This document shows, in pieces, positions 1 to 9,214 of a stretch of 42,932 nt of DNA. Below the pieces are notes generated by a model, which did not search any database, was not told the origin of the DNA, and worked only from the letters and a program-made list of their open reading frames with translations. Numbering within the stretch: the stretch's first letter is position 1; each line of letters opens with the position of its first letter. A program made the position numbers and the translations under genes. The DNA comes from a virus (Duplodnaviria > Caudoviricetes): IMG/VR virus record IMGVR_UViG_3300025018_000246, positions 1 to 42,932 of that record. One strand, given 5' to 3'.

Positions 1-149
1 TAGATCCACTTTCATAGGCTACATGATCTATGTTAATGCCCCCTTTAGCATCATCTATTTTACGAAACTTAAATGGAGATGTACCGTTACCTGTGAATGT
101 TCCAGCTATAGCATTATTAAGAGTATATATAATGATGCCGCCAGAATGA
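1..149. repeat. Terminal direct repeat, left copy (circular assembly overlap)
   Basis: 1-149 matches 42784-42932 except for A23 vs T42806. It lies inside a gene, so it is probably an assembly overlap rather than a biological DTR. Confidence 0.95.
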
Positions 150-829
150 GGAAGAACAAATTTTATAGGGCCATCTATTCCAGGAACATTACCTCCTCCA
201 GCTCCAGTAACTGCACTTGGAGTAAAGTCAGTTGGAACTATAAGGCTGCTCCAAGCTATAGCATCTTTTGTATAGGCTATAAGATAGTTCTGAGTAGTTA
301 CTATACCAAGAATACTAGGAATCTCTAAACCAGTTAAAGTTACTGGAACTAAAGCATTGCTAGTCTCATTATAAATTAGTGCTATTAATTTAGAATAAAA
401 GATATAGCTTAGCCCATTCACTGTAGCTATAGTTACTAAGTTTGGATCAAATCCAGGAATAGAACCAAAGCCAGTAGATAAGACTTTTCTCCATTCATAG
501 GATCCATAGCCTATTACATAAGGATTTCCATTGGCATCCCAAGTAAGATTAAATCTGTTACCTTTATCGCCAAAGATAGTTCTTACATCATCAACTCTAT
601 TAGATGCCGACAGATCTTCTATCTTAGCTATTGAAGGCCGAAAACCTACAGAATATAATCCACGCTGGGAGGGCATTACATTATGGCAATAAGATATACT
701 CGGTTTCTCATAGTTAGAAGTATTAGGATCATCAGAAGTTCTTCCTTTCATAACTGTACGAGACTGTTGTTCAGACAGTAAAGGAAAAGAAGCTGTTTTA
801 AGGTCTATAGTATAATAAGACTGTGCCAT
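1..829 (-). CDS. 5' part of a ~508-aa tail nozzle/head-closure-like protein that crosses the contig join (continues 42783..42086)
   Basis: ATG at 829 (MAQSYYTIDLKTASFPLLSEQ...), with GGAG upstream. It is in frame with ORF 42086..42475, giving 1527 nt in total. Function is inferred from size and position between the tailspike and the ejection genes. Confidence 0.7.
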   Translation of the reverse strand, partial: MAQSYYTIDLKTASFPLLSEQQSRTVMKGRTSDDPNTSNYEKPSISYCHNVMPSQRGLYSVGFRPSIAKIEDLSASNRVDDVRTIFGDKGNRFNLTWDANGNPYVIGYGSYEWRKVLSTGFGSIPGFDPNLVTIATVNGLSYIFYSKLIALIYNETSNALVPVTLTGLEIPSILGIVTTQNYLIAYTKDAIAWSSLIVPTDFTPSAVTGAGGGNVPGIDGPIKFVLPHSGGIIIYTLNNAIAGTFTGNGTSPFKFRKIDDAKGGINIDHVAYESGS

Positions 830-842
830 TCTATATTATCTC

Positions 843-3008
843 CTAAGGAATAACACTTCTACTAACCTCAATCCACGAACTTATTCTAGGATTCCACATA
901 AGAGTTATATTATTCTTTTCATTGTTAAGAGTTATATCTGCGCCGCCTGTCAACTGTAAATTTCCAGTACCATGTTTTACAGTTATAGTCCTAGTTGGAA
1001 ATGCATTGTATACATTAATAATAGCCCCTGGCATTATTTGACTTGCTCCGCCATTAACGTCTAGTATACTATCAAGATCTTCTGGCCCAGCTCCTAATAT
1101 ACCTATAGGAAACTCGCCATCTTGACTAATCAACAAACATTCTTTAGTATCTACTACACTGAATACAGTAGGGTTCGTAGGCAGAGTTAATGAGCCCCAA
1201 TAGTTATTATAGCTTATATCTGCATTCTTTATAGTATAAACGCCAAACGGATTTATAGATACCCCAATCGGCCCAGTTAGTCCAGCTTCACATACATTAC
1301 CTATCCAGATGAAACCAGTAACTCCATCCACTTTTGCTAAGGATTGTATACTGCCAGCATACTCTCTTTCAAACCTACAGCTTCTTACCTCTATATTAAA
1401 GTTATCTGTATCGGCAATATATAACCCATTGTTAAATTCATAAAAACTGCAGTTATCAAAAATAATGTTTCCAGCGCCCCGAATAACAATACAAGATCCG
1501 CTAGTACCTGCTACTGCATAATCTCTTGTAAAGAGCCCACTATTATAAAAAGTAATACCTTCCGGAAAAGCAACCCCATCTTTAATAATAGCAATATTAG
1601 AGTCAAGATCTACTGTTGGATCCCCGTTATTTCTAGTTAGGAAATTATCAAGGTTAACAAGATTAACATTTCCTGATATATAAAGCCCATTAATAGTGCT
1701 AGTATTAACCCTAACATTGGTTATATTAACATTAGCAACAGCTCTATCTAATGCTAATATAGTGTCACCGCCAATCATGGAAATTCCTCGCCTACCGCAG
1801 TCAGTAATTTCCATGTTAGTTATGTTAATATTAGCCATAGTATAAGTTGCTGCTGGCTGTAAAAGTATCCCATCTTGATTAGAATAAGATCCTTTAGTTA
1901 ATGAGCCATCTATATTTATATTCTTTACGCTAAGACCAATTATCTCATCATCAGGCTTTGCTGTGATTACTGGAGCATCAGATGCAGGAATAAGAGTAAC
2001 CCCAGATACAGCTCCAAGTAAGCTAAACCCATTAGGTAATACTAAATTGCACTTATAGCTCAATGGAGAAAAAGGGAGAAATAACTCTTTACTAAAATTA
2101 GCGGCTACAGTATTAATAGCATTTTGCATGCCAGCAGTTAAATCAGTAGTGTTCCCGTCAGCAAATACTCCCCACTGGTTACAGCTATAAGTATTACCTG
2201 GAAATAGTCCTTTAGCTTGTAAGTTAGATCCAGTAAGATTTATATAGTAGCCGCCATCATCAACTCCAGTTCCGGCAGCTACTACTACATAAGTATTGTC
2301 TCCACCATCGCCAGAAGCTAAATAGCCATCAGTAGAGATACTGTCTCCAATTTTAAATGCTGGGTAGGCTACTATATCAGCTTTAGTTTTAAATGAATAT
2401 GTGGCAGTTTTAGTTACCCAAGCATAAGATCCATCTCCGCCTGTAGGAACTAATATATTAGTATTATCATCAACAAAATCACCGGGAGCTCCCCCAGTCA
2501 CAAAGTTAAAGAATGCTCCACCACTATCAAACTGGGTGATTTTACCTGTAGCATATACAGTTGTAAGGTCGCCAGTATAATCTCTAACTGCTTGAAAATT
2601 ATCAAGATAAATATCGACTTCTAAGATTACTACTTCCCCAGTAACAGCAGTTAGAGCAGAAGCTATAACAGAATCTCCTGCTACAGCTGGAACTGTTAAT
2701 TGAAAAGAGTTTTGTGATCTTTCTACCCAATCAATGCCTTTTCTAAGAAGTAGCCCATTCTTATGAACAGATAAAGAGCCAGTCCCAGGAGTATATAAAA
2801 AGGAAGTTATAGTAAAAATAGTTTGCCCAACAGAAGCTGGAATAAATTCCTCTGCGGCCTTAGTATCTGCGGAAAACTTAACTAAATTAAAAGGGTTCCA
2901 AGCACTAGCAGAAGATCCTGCATTATCATTAGGACAAACTTCCCCATCTACTGTTTCTAAACAGGGCTCAGTTAAAGGGCCGCCACCGTCACTAATACAC
3001 TCAGCCAT
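843..3008 (-). CDS. Tailspike / tail fibre with right-handed beta-helix (pectate-lyase-like depolymerase) domain
   Basis: Two tandem G..GDGG-type tailspike N-terminal repeats, then WGVFADGNTTDLTAGMQNAIN (Pectate_lyase_3-like start) and Asn/Ile-rich beta-helix rungs. Confidence 0.85.
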   Translation of the reverse strand: MAECISDGGGPLTEPCLETVDGEVCPNDNAGSSASAWNPFNLVKFSADTKAAEEFIPASVGQTIFTITSFLYTPGTGSLSVHKNGLLLRKGIDWVERSQNSFQLTVPAVAGDSVIASALTAVTGEVVILEVDIYLDNFQAVRDYTGDLTTVYATGKITQFDSGGAFFNFVTGGAPGDFVDDNTNILVPTGGDGSYAWVTKTATYSFKTKADIVAYPAFKIGDSISTDGYLASGDGGDNTYVVVAAGTGVDDGGYYINLTGSNLQAKGLFPGNTYSCNQWGVFADGNTTDLTAGMQNAINTVAANFSKELFLPFSPLSYKCNLVLPNGFSLLGAVSGVTLIPASDAPVITAKPDDEIIGLSVKNINIDGSLTKGSYSNQDGILLQPAATYTMANINITNMEITDCGRRGISMIGGDTILALDRAVANVNITNVRVNTSTINGLYISGNVNLVNLDNFLTRNNGDPTVDLDSNIAIIKDGVAFPEGITFYNSGLFTRDYAVAGTSGSCIVIRGAGNIIFDNCSFYEFNNGLYIADTDNFNIEVRSCRFEREYAGSIQSLAKVDGVTGFIWIGNVCEAGLTGPIGVSINPFGVYTIKNADISYNNYWGSLTLPTNPTVFSVVDTKECLLISQDGEFPIGILGAGPEDLDSILDVNGGASQIMPGAIINVYNAFPTRTITVKHGTGNLQLTGGADITLNNEKNNITLMWNPRISSWIEVSRSVIP

Positions 3009-3009
3009 G

Positions 3010-3609
3010 TTAATATCCTATATCTTGGATTGAATTTAATTTTAAGACTAATATAGACTCTGCTACTAGTCTTTCATATACAGAAGCTTGCTCATCATAT
3101 CCTATGGTTTTAAATATAACCCTAGCTGCCTCGTTAACTATAGCATGAGGAAATAAGGAGGCTATCCAAGAACAGTATCCAGACTTAGATACGTTAGGAT
3201 TAACATAGCAGCCCAATAAAGCATAGGCAAACTCTACTGTAGACCGTATCTCTAAAGTAGATCCTGCAACATAAGCTACATCTGACCGCTGTCTGCCATA
3301 GCTATCTAATATTTCTTCTGGAGTTATAATTTCTATATCACAAGCTCCGTCGCCACAAGAGTTCTCAGTACGACGGAAATATTTAAAAGCTCTTAAATTT
3401 GGAACTTGAGTAACATATTCAAAAGACTGTCTATATCCCGCCTGACTAAACTTAATTCCAGTCTCATAAATGTCTTTAGAATAAAAGTCTGTTTGGTGCA
3501 TCTTAAGAGTAGCCATCCTAACAGCTAAGAGAGTTTCTCTCTCTAAATCTTCTCTAGAAGTTAAAGCATATACATCTTCTATAAGATCATCTAATTGTGC
3601 TGTGCTCAT
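3010..3609 (-). CDS. Putative head-tail adaptor (tail tubular protein A-like)
   Basis: 199 aa with helical termini and a beta-rich middle; position in the structural operon. Confidence 0.55.
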   Translation of the reverse strand: MSTAQLDDLIEDVYALTSREDLERETLLAVRMATLKMHQTDFYSKDIYETGIKFSQAGYRQSFEYVTQVPNLRAFKYFRRTENSCGDGACDIEIITPEEILDSYGRQRSDVAYVAGSTLEIRSTVEFAYALLGCYVNPNVSKSGYCSWIASLFPHAIVNEAARVIFKTIGYDEQASVYERLVAESILVLKLNSIQDIGY

Positions 3610-3613
3610 ATTT

Positions 3614-4231
3614 TTATCCGCCTGGAACTAAACATTTCAAAAGAACATCATCAAAAACTATCTGATTAGAGGAGCCTTGGAAATCTATTGATTTAGCTAC
3701 GCCAGAGAAAGTCGCACTAGCTTCTACAAAAGGACAAAACTCAGCGCCGTATCCAGGAACTCCGCCATTAGGAGTAGTACCTAAGAGTAATGTAGCTAGG
3801 ATAGTTCCTGTACCTCCCAGTCCATCAAATATTTGAATTGAGCCTCCTACATTAGGAGAGGAGTAAAAGAAAGAGATCTCTTCAACAAAACCATTAGGTA
3901 CGTTCATAATTGAGCTAGGGCCAGCAAGCCAAAATAAGGCACCTCTACTAGAGGTAGGATCTCCTAGCCCGCAACGAGAAGTATTAGATACATTAACAGT
4001 TAAAGTATTTAATTTAAGAGCCAGTGCATTTGGATCAAAATTGATATTATAATCAGTCCCACTAGTTCCTGCACTACTAGTCCCTCCATTATAGAAGTCC
4101 AGAACTGTAGCAAGATCCCCAGAGACATCTTCGTTTATATTAATACCTTCAAACTTAAGATAAACGATTTTATACTCTGCGCCGCTTTCTTGATAAGCAT
4201 AGTTATGTGCAGCTAGAGAGAAGTTGCTCAT
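3614..4231 (-). CDS. Putative receptor-binding/decoration protein resembling the passenger domain of PEP-CTERM exoproteins
   Basis: Pattern L.FEG...FYNGG...NALAL...MNVP.GF...SFFYS...DGL.GTG..LA...FCPF...FSG.AKS.DF....NQI.FDD recalled from PEP-CTERM proteins. No signal peptide or PEP-CTERM tail. Confidence 0.6.
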   Translation of the reverse strand: MSNFSLAAHNYAYQESGAEYKIVYLKFEGININEDVSGDLATVLDFYNGGTSSAGTSGTDYNINFDPNALALKLNTLTVNVSNTSRCGLGDPTSSRGALFWLAGPSSIMNVPNGFVEEISFFYSSPNVGGSIQIFDGLGGTGTILATLLLGTTPNGGVPGYGAEFCPFVEASATFSGVAKSIDFQGSSNQIVFDDVLLKCLVPGG

Positions 4232-4731
4232 TTTATTAGATCTCCAGCATCACCTATAACACTGTACACTCCCTCAGCTACGCATATAACTGACAAGGAA
4301 GAATACTGTACTCTAGTTGTAAGACCTACTGCATAGTTTAAAGTAGCTCCTACTTCAGCCTGTACAGTTACTTGAATATTGGAGTCATATTGATGAAGAT
4401 GGATTATAGACCCAACTTGTATTCCTGTAGCAGGGGCAATAGCTACTGTTGTACCAGAGTCATTAGTAAAGAGCAGGGCGCAGTTATTATCTTCATCTAA
4501 TAGCTCATAAGAACTATCTGGAATAGTCTTAACTTCTATACGAGTAGAAGGCTCAGGAGGAACATAAGCTGGATTAACCCAATAACTAAGGGAATTCCAA
4601 GGAGTAACTCCATCTCCTACTTTAAGTTTTCCAGTATTAGATTCAAACCCCCACTCATTTTCTAAAAGAACAGGGTTAATTTCTGTCCAAAGAGAAGCTA
4701 TCCCACCTCTCATTTTTCTTCTCTCTTGCAT
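4228..4731 (-). CDS. Fibre protein with Mtd_N (major tropism determinant N-terminal) domain
   Basis: RGGIASLWTEINPVLLENEWGFESNTGKLKVGDGVTPWNSLSY is the Mtd_N signature. It is followed by a common fibre C-terminal beta domain (TRVQYSSLSVI...VIGD). Confidence 0.8.
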   Translation of the reverse strand: MQERRKMRGGIASLWTEINPVLLENEWGFESNTGKLKVGDGVTPWNSLSYWVNPAYVPPEPSTRIEVKTIPDSSYELLDEDNNCALLFTNDSGTTVAIAPATGIQVGSIIHLHQYDSNIQVTVQAEVGATLNYAVGLTTRVQYSSLSVICVAEGVYSVIGDAGDLIK

Positions 4732-4735
4732 ACTG

Positions 4736-5086
4736 TTAATCCTTCTCTTTAGATCTACTAAGTAAAATATCAGTTATTCTATCTAAACGAGTATCTAATA
4801 CATCTTCCCTTTTATCCAACTTCTCATTGATAGATCTAACTTGATCCATAATGCTATCTTGGTTAGCAGAAAAGCTGGCTAATTGAAGATCTCTCTTAAC
4901 TTGGTTTTGTTCTAATGTAGACACTCTCTGATCAATATCTACTATCTGCTCAGAGTTCTTAACATAAAAAGCCCATACACCTCCAGCAGAAAATACACAA
5001 GCTAATACGGTTATTACATTCTGAGCCCCTAATACTTTAACCCACCATACAGTTGTATGCGGAGTTTTTGTATTCTTAACAGACAT
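4736..5086 (-). CDS. Membrane protein, 1 TM plus coiled coil (holin/XhlA-like or i-spanin-like)
   Basis: Hydrophobic VITVLACVFSAGGVWAFYV followed by a heptad-rich C-terminus. Confidence 0.5.
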   Translation of the reverse strand: MSVKNTKTPHTTVWWVKVLGAQNVITVLACVFSAGGVWAFYVKNSEQIVDIDQRVSTLEQNQVKRDLQLASFSANQDSIMDQVRSINEKLDKREDVLDTRLDRITDILLSRSKEKD

Positions 5087-5120
5087 AAAAATACCTCACA
5101 AACTTAAAGTAAAAGTAAGT

Positions 5121-6317
5121 TTACGGTGTTGGCTCAGGAGTTAGTACTTGAGGACAATCATTTTGGGATACAGACCATTGCCAAGTCTGTCCAACAGTAG
5201 GAGTTACGGTTAGAAAACCAACTACATTAAAAAAGTCTTGGACTGTATAAGTAAACCCAGCTTCTCCAGCTTCATTTAATATATTAAACCCTTTATTAGA
5301 TCCATTCAAATACCACACATGAATAACTGCGCTATAGTATTTAGTTTTAAATTTATTCATGCAGAATATATTAAAGATGCTGCTGCCTTTACTGCCTCCT
5401 AATGTAAAAGGAGCTGTACCTACAGAGCTATAGTTCCAATAATAAAGATCATTTTTTCTGCCATTCTCAGGGTACCTTGCAGCACTAGGGCTATTTAAAA
5501 ATACCCCACAGGCATCTTTACCTATAGCATTAGCCTCATTTCCTAAATAATGATATTCTGTAGTTGATTGTCTGCCAGCAGTACTAACATAACAAGCATT
5601 AATTTTAAGAAGATCTACAGCTTTTATTACACCATCCCATAAACCAAGACGCTCTGGTATATCAACAACTAGCCACTTAGTATAACCAGGAGTAGACCAT
5701 CCAGCCCTTTCTGCTTCTGTTCTCGCTGTTAGAACTGCATTAGCAAAAGTAGGAGGATTAGAACCTTCTAATCTATCAGACTCCCCTTGTTGATATAAAA
5801 CACAATCAATCTTATCTCCTCCAGATTCTTCTAGGAACCCTGGCAATCTAGCTTCTATCTCCTCAGCTACATCACCGCCTTCTGCCCAAAAGGTAGAATT
5901 AGCTCCAAGCATAGTTACTTGTAACATATCTACAAAAATACCAGTAGATTTATTTAGCGTATCGCAAAAAGAAAACCCTATATTACCGTTGCCTTCACCT
6001 ACCATACCAGTCCAAGGGGTAAATCCAGTAAGTCCTGATACTCTATCTGGATCAGCTATGTTAAGAGAGAAGTTGGTCATATCAGTAGAAGGAGCATTGT
6101 AATCACGAACCCCTAAGTTTTTAATCATGCTCCCAGCAGTTGCAGGCTCTATTCCGCTAGCATTAGATTGCCCAGTAACTACTACTCTTAACTTGTCCCC
6201 TTTTTCCTTGTTAGGAAACATAGAAGCGATCGTAATCTGAAAAAGCTCTTGAAGCATAGCATCAATAAGGCCTTTGCGAGCTCCTTCAGTTTGTCCGCTA
6301 TCATAAGGTATAAACAT
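5121..6317 (-). CDS. SGNH/SASA carbohydrate O-acetylesterase, probably virion-associated
   Basis: Block I TGQSN, block III QQGESD and a C-terminal His (EYHY). Confidence 0.8.
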   Translation of the reverse strand: MFIPYDSGQTEGARKGLIDAMLQELFQITIASMFPNKEKGDKLRVVVTGQSNASGIEPATAGSMIKNLGVRDYNAPSTDMTNFSLNIADPDRVSGLTGFTPWTGMVGEGNGNIGFSFCDTLNKSTGIFVDMLQVTMLGANSTFWAEGGDVAEEIEARLPGFLEESGGDKIDCVLYQQGESDRLEGSNPPTFANAVLTARTEAERAGWSTPGYTKWLVVDIPERLGLWDGVIKAVDLLKINACYVSTAGRQSTTEYHYLGNEANAIGKDACGVFLNSPSAARYPENGRKNDLYYWNYSSVGTAPFTLGGSKGSSIFNIFCMNKFKTKYYSAVIHVWYLNGSNKGFNILNEAGEAGFTYTVQDFFNVVGFLTVTPTVGQTWQWSVSQNDCPQVLTPEPTP

Positions 6318-6344
6318 TTTATGTCTCCAGCTTTTAGTGTTTAA

Positions 6345-6391
6345 TAAAAATAAATACTTATGCTAGCTCTCTATTAAAAGTAGAGAGCTAG
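6345..6391 (-). terminator. Intrinsic terminator
   Basis: 11-bp perfect stem CTAGCTCTCTA/TAGAGAGCTAG (6363-6391) followed on the minus strand by a T-rich tract. Confidence 0.6.
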
Positions 6392-6400
6392 ACTAAGTAT

Positions 6401-6835
6401 TTACTTAGGTTGATCTTTCGTAGACGTACCTTTGAAAAGGCGCTTATCATCAGTGCCGCCGAAATCTTTATCTCCAATAATAGCTTCTTCTTGTTTTTTC
6501 CTTAGATCTTCAAGAAACTCATTGATAATTTTCTTCTTAACAGATAGCACAGGATCTGCTTCTGTAGCAGTAAGAGCTTCGCCTCTAGTAATTCCAGGCA
6601 GACCTCTAGTAATCTGACTATCAAGATAGCTAATAGCTTCTCTGCTATCAGTAATATATTGAAAGTTTACAAAGTTAATTACCATCCCACTCTCAGTAAT
6701 TAAACGAACCGCAGATCGAGCAGAAGAATAATGTTGGAATCGTTTCTCTTCTTTTTCTTCTCCTTTTCTGCTATTAAGTATTTCATCAATATCTAACTTC
6801 TTACCTGTGGGTAGATCTTGTTTTACAGTTTCCAT
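6401..6835 (-). CDS. Hypothetical protein downstream of the capsid gene
   Basis: 144-aa ORF with AGGA RBS. Confidence 0.7.
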   Translation of the reverse strand: METVKQDLPTGKKLDIDEILNSRKGEEKEEKRFQHYSSARSAVRLITESGMVINFVNFQYITDSREAISYLDSQITRGLPGITRGEALTATEADPVLSVKKKIINEFLEDLRKKQEEAIIGDKDFGGTDDKRLFKGTSTKDQPK

Positions 6836-6853
6836 TGCTTGTTCCTTTTGATT

Positions 6854-6883
6854 AAAAATACTGCCCTTTAATCGGGGCAGTAT
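6854..6883 (-). terminator. Intrinsic terminator after the major capsid gene
   Basis: ATACTGCCC...GGGCAGTAT stem followed by a T-run on the minus strand. Confidence 0.75.
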
Positions 6884-6911
6884 ACAGTTTAGCTAAGTAT
6901 AGAATATAGGT

Positions 6912-8141
6912 TTAACCTTGTGCAGCCGCAGTAAGGTTGCGAAGAACTACATTAGCAGGAGGGTTTTTAACAAGAACAGTACACTCAGTAGTAAGAGTAC
7001 CGCCAACAGCATCAATGCCGTTATCTGCTGCTTGTTCGCCTTTAGTATTAAACTCCATATTAGAAGTTTTACGTCCAGCAAGATAGGCAATGTTAAATGT
7101 AGAAAGATCTACACCAACTGCCATTTTAGCCCAAGTGGGGTTAGTATTGAACAGAGGATGCTCAATCAAACGGAACTTACCACGAGCAGTAGTCAAAGTT
7201 GAGAACTGAAGTCCCCAGTTAGTTTGACCATCTATCAATTGATAAGTACCATTCAAACGGCCAATGTTATTAAGAACTACTTTAGCCTTACCTCCAACAA
7301 ACAACAGTCGCTCATTTGCTACTTTAGGATCAGTTGCTTGATCAAATACTGGATCTAAGTAACCTTCCAACTGAGTCCAGTTAGTAGTAGCGCCCGCTAC
7401 GAAAGTATTAGCAATACCTCCATAACTAGGAGGATAGTAAGCAGGGTTCTCAATCATAGAGATCAAGCCATCACAAGTACGAAATGGCTGACCATTACGA
7501 GTTCCTTGTGATTTCTGACTAAAGAAGATAGCTTTCTCAAGATCGGCAGCGTGGAAAGCAGCGCAATCTTGTCTGTTCTCTGCATCAGTAGAGTTACCAG
7601 CAATAACTTCTGTAGCTTTAGAAGAACCAGAAAGTCCCCAAGTGTTACGGAAGATCTGAGTAAGGTTAGTTACTCGAACAGGAATAACATTATTCGCTTG
7701 TGGGCGAACTGAAGATTCCTCAAACGCATTACCAACTTGATATATTGGATCCTCATCTACAATAGCTGCTGCTGCAACATTACCAACTGCACGAGTTACA
7801 GTAACAGAAGTAGCGCTTGGAACTGTATTGATAATAATATTCTCGCCAGTACGCTCAACTCGCATAATCATACCAGGGAGCAAGTTAGCAGTAGAAAGTA
7901 CTGTAAAAGTAGTTGCTGCTGCGTTATATCCTGCGCCGTTATCAATAGTCATTTCTGGAAAGATCATAGTCTTAGTAAAGAATCCATGCTCTACTTGAGC
8001 AGCAGTTTCAGAACTAAGCATAGAAGTTAGACCAAACAACGGAGCAGTTCCATTAGGCATTAAACGGGTGATCATTCCAGCAAAAGATTTCTTTGCAAGA
8101 TCAGTAGTAAAATTACCAGTATTAAAAATACCAACACTCAT
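6912..8141 (-). CDS. Major capsid protein (DUF5309/SU10-MCP-like, HK97 fold with inserted beta domain)
   Basis: GGAG-preceded ATG at 8141 (MSVGIFN...). Motifs N.TQIFR, DLEKAIFF...G..R...G and GKFRLIEHP; highly expressed codon bias; follows the scaffold gene. Confidence 0.9.
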   Translation of the reverse strand: MSVGIFNTGNFTTDLAKKSFAGMITRLMPNGTAPLFGLTSMLSSETAAQVEHGFFTKTMIFPEMTIDNGAGYNAAATTFTVLSTANLLPGMIMRVERTGENIIINTVPSATSVTVTRAVGNVAAAAIVDEDPIYQVGNAFEESSVRPQANNVIPVRVTNLTQIFRNTWGLSGSSKATEVIAGNSTDAENRQDCAAFHAADLEKAIFFSQKSQGTRNGQPFRTCDGLISMIENPAYYPPSYGGIANTFVAGATTNWTQLEGYLDPVFDQATDPKVANERLLFVGGKAKVVLNNIGRLNGTYQLIDGQTNWGLQFSTLTTARGKFRLIEHPLFNTNPTWAKMAVGVDLSTFNIAYLAGRKTSNMEFNTKGEQAADNGIDAVGGTLTTECTVLVKNPPANVVLRNLTAAAQG

Positions 8142-8182
8142 GATAGTTTCTCCAGCCAACAGGCTTTAATTAAATAAAAGAT

Positions 8183-8920
8183 TTAGGGAGCTTTAAAGTA
8201 ATCTTCCCAGTTTTCGCCATCGGTGGTAGAATTAACTGGCTTAGGTGCGAACTGCTGTCCCATAGCAATAATATATTCTTTTGCCATATTATTAATCTCT
8301 GTGGGAGAGCTGGTTGGGTATTTATTTAATAGAGCTGTTTGGATTGATTCCATGACTGGTTTTACTGCCGGATTATCAAAGATTGGGTTTGAATCTCTTG
8401 AGTTATCCGCTACTGCTTGTTTTTTAAGTAAGTTAGGGATTTCTTTCTTTTGAGCCTCTAGTGCTTCCCTAACTTTCTTTTCAGATAGTTTGTTATTAAC
8501 TAGTGTAGATTGTATCATAACTTGACGTGCTACATTGTTAAGAGCATCTACAAAAGCTTTTTGTGCGCCTTCGCCTCCTTCTGATATACTAGCAAACATC
8601 TCTGGAGTTACAGTGTTTGCAAAATCAGCTCCACTTACTGCTTTAGATAGATCTTCCGCTGTAAGTTCCCTTGGCGGTTCTCCACTTCCTTCTTTAGCTT
8701 CACTAGGATCCCATAGGTCTTTAAAGTTAGCAAGAGGGGAATCATCATTGCCTTGTGAATTTCCACTGGGCACTATTCCGTTGCCAGCAGTAGTTTCATT
8801 CTCTAAAGTAGAAGGAGTTTGCTGATTAGGTATATTACCTGGGGTCGTTGCTGTTTGTTGTTGAGTAGGTTGTTGAGTTGGTTGCTCAGTTTTAGGTGTA
8901 AACATATCGAAAATGCCCAT
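8183..8920 (-). CDS. Capsid scaffolding protein
   Basis: Q/T/P-rich disordered N-terminus and helical body; lies between portal and capsid. Confidence 0.7.
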   Translation of the reverse strand: MGIFDMFTPKTEQPTQQPTQQQTATTPGNIPNQQTPSTLENETTAGNGIVPSGNSQGNDDSPLANFKDLWDPSEAKEGSGEPPRELTAEDLSKAVSGADFANTVTPEMFASISEGGEGAQKAFVDALNNVARQVMIQSTLVNNKLSEKKVREALEAQKKEIPNLLKKQAVADNSRDSNPIFDNPAVKPVMESIQTALLNKYPTSSPTEINNMAKEYIIAMGQQFAPKPVNSTTDGENWEDYFKAP

Positions 8921-8950
8921 TGTATATTTCCTCTAGGGTTAGTTTAATTG

Positions 8951-9211
8951 TTACTCAGTAATATCTTCTGCTGACTCGCTACAAATTAATATATGCATAT
9001 ACGACTCTAGCTGTCCTTTAAGGTATGCCTCATTTTGAACAAACTCTAATTGATTAGAAGGATCCATCTTTAGAGCTAAGATACCTTCAGCAATTGAAGC
9101 TCTGCTATTTTGTATAACTTGTTTTTGGAGGGCTGTTAATTTCTGACCTTCTTTTAGTTCATCTTCAGTTAAATCAAAAGAAGTAAATGAATTAGGGATC
9201 ATAGTAGCCAT
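8951..9211 (-). CDS. Hypothetical small head-assembly protein
   Basis: 86-aa helical ORF between portal and scaffold. Confidence 0.65.
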   Translation of the reverse strand: MATMIPNSFTSFDLTEDELKEGQKLTALQKQVIQNSRASIAEGILALKMDPSNQLEFVQNEAYLKGQLESYMHILICSESAEDITE

Positions 9212-9214
9212 TGC

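Noticed and set aside
1-149. Biological direct terminal repeat
   Set aside because: It falls mid-gene and is about one read long, so it is best explained as a circular assembly overlap.
23-328. Plus-strand 101-aa ORF and other antisense ORFs in the track (e.g. 6918, 7737, 8223, 23227, 28759, 35930, 37194-38186)
   Set aside because: These are shadows of longer real genes. The ATG at 23 exists only in one copy of the overlap.
4380-4410. HxH iron-binding fibre motif (HLH) that would link to the Fur boxes
   Set aside because: A single occurrence in a beta domain, not the repeated HxH of T4 gp37-type tips.
4228-4731. Diversity-generating retroelement
   Set aside because: No reverse transcriptase and no adenine-mismatched repeat pair seen.
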